Assembly: GCA_052386995.1 (NCBI GenBank)
Contig: JBQTJP010000023.1
Span: 1-36,402 of the forward strand
From: Armatimonadota bacterium
Lineage (GTDB): Bacteria > Sysuimicrobiota > Sysuimicrobiia > Sysuimicrobiales > Humicultoraceae
Length of the DNA: 36,402 nt
Direction of reading: 5' to 3'
Shown: positions 36,102-36,402 of the stretch, in pieces
Numbering within the stretch: the first letter of the stretch is position 1
Layout of the letters: each line of letters starts with the position of its first letter
The notes under the pieces: generated by a model
The model's database searches: none
What the model was told of the DNA's origin: nothing
The model's input: only the letters and a program-made list of their open reading frames with translations
Position numbers and translations under genes: made by a program

Positions 36102-36402
36102 ATGAACCCGACGACGCTGTCGACCGTCGCTCAGCTCTCCGACCATGACCTCCTCGCACGGGTCAAGGATCTCGCGCAACGCGAACGGGAGGCAACAGTC
36201 GCCCTCATTGTGCATCTCGCGGAGCTCGACGAGCGGCGCCTGTACCTCGCGGAAGGCTACTCCTCGCTGTTCAAATACTGCACGGACGTGCTCCACCTCT
36301 CCGAGCACGCCGCCTACAACCGCATCGAGACGACACGGGCGGTGCGGCGCTTTCCTGTGCTCCTCGAGCACCTGGCCGCGGGATGTGTGACGCTCTTCGC
36401 GG
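36102..36402 (+). CDS. DUF222-like N-terminal region of an HNH-endonuclease-type gene (runs off the window; not in the ORF track)
   Basis: Manual translation: MNPTTLSTVAQLSDHDLLARVKDLAQREREATVALIVHLAELDERRLYLAEGYSSLFKYCTDVLHLSEHAAYNRIETTRAVRRFPVLLEHL. The HNH domain itself is not visible in the window. Confidence 0.75.
   Translation, partial: MNPTTLSTVAQLSDHDLLARVKDLAQREREATVALIVHLAELDERRLYLAEGYSSLFKYCTDVLHLSEHAAYNRIETTRAVRRFPVLLEHLAAGCVTLFA

Noticed and set aside
1..36402. Selenoproteins (in-frame TGA at Cys positions), expected given selABC
   Set aside because: The Cys motifs checked (HMA, CcdA, MerR, MerC-like, zinc ribbon) use TGC/TGT. No gene appeared split at a TGA with homology continuing past it.

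Overview
High-GC bacterial DNA with a Terrabacteria-like gene order, in two parts. (1) Bases 1 to ~11858 are the right part of a decayed integrative island next to the 3' end of a tRNA-Sec gene (selC, 11859-11954). It contains a frameshifted tyrosine integrase and a divergent block of eroded backbone genes. Its metal-homeostasis cargo appears intact and forms two modules. The first is a BlaI/CopY-type module: a DUF2933-like protein, a Met-rich exported protein, a BNR beta-propeller protein and a CopC-CopD-YtkA-LolA-like fusion. The second is a MerR-type module with three related 20-bp-spacer promoters, an in-frame-deleted merR minigene abutting an MFS gene, merR, an HMA-CcdA fusion, a His-motif membrane protein and a MerC-like protein. 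(2) From 12085 onward is core genome: a secreted protein, then a ~22 kb minus-strand run (BMP/nucleoside ABC transporter, PfkB kinase, psuG, rodZ, cinA, thpR, recA with SOS box, recX, UvrD/PD-(D/E)XK helicase-nuclease, rmuC, rny, ymdB, PHP, zinc-ribbon protein, selA, selB). A truncated DUF222/HNH-type gene lies at the right edge. The best candidates for undescribed biology are the two metal modules. All calls come from manual motif reading; no searches were run.
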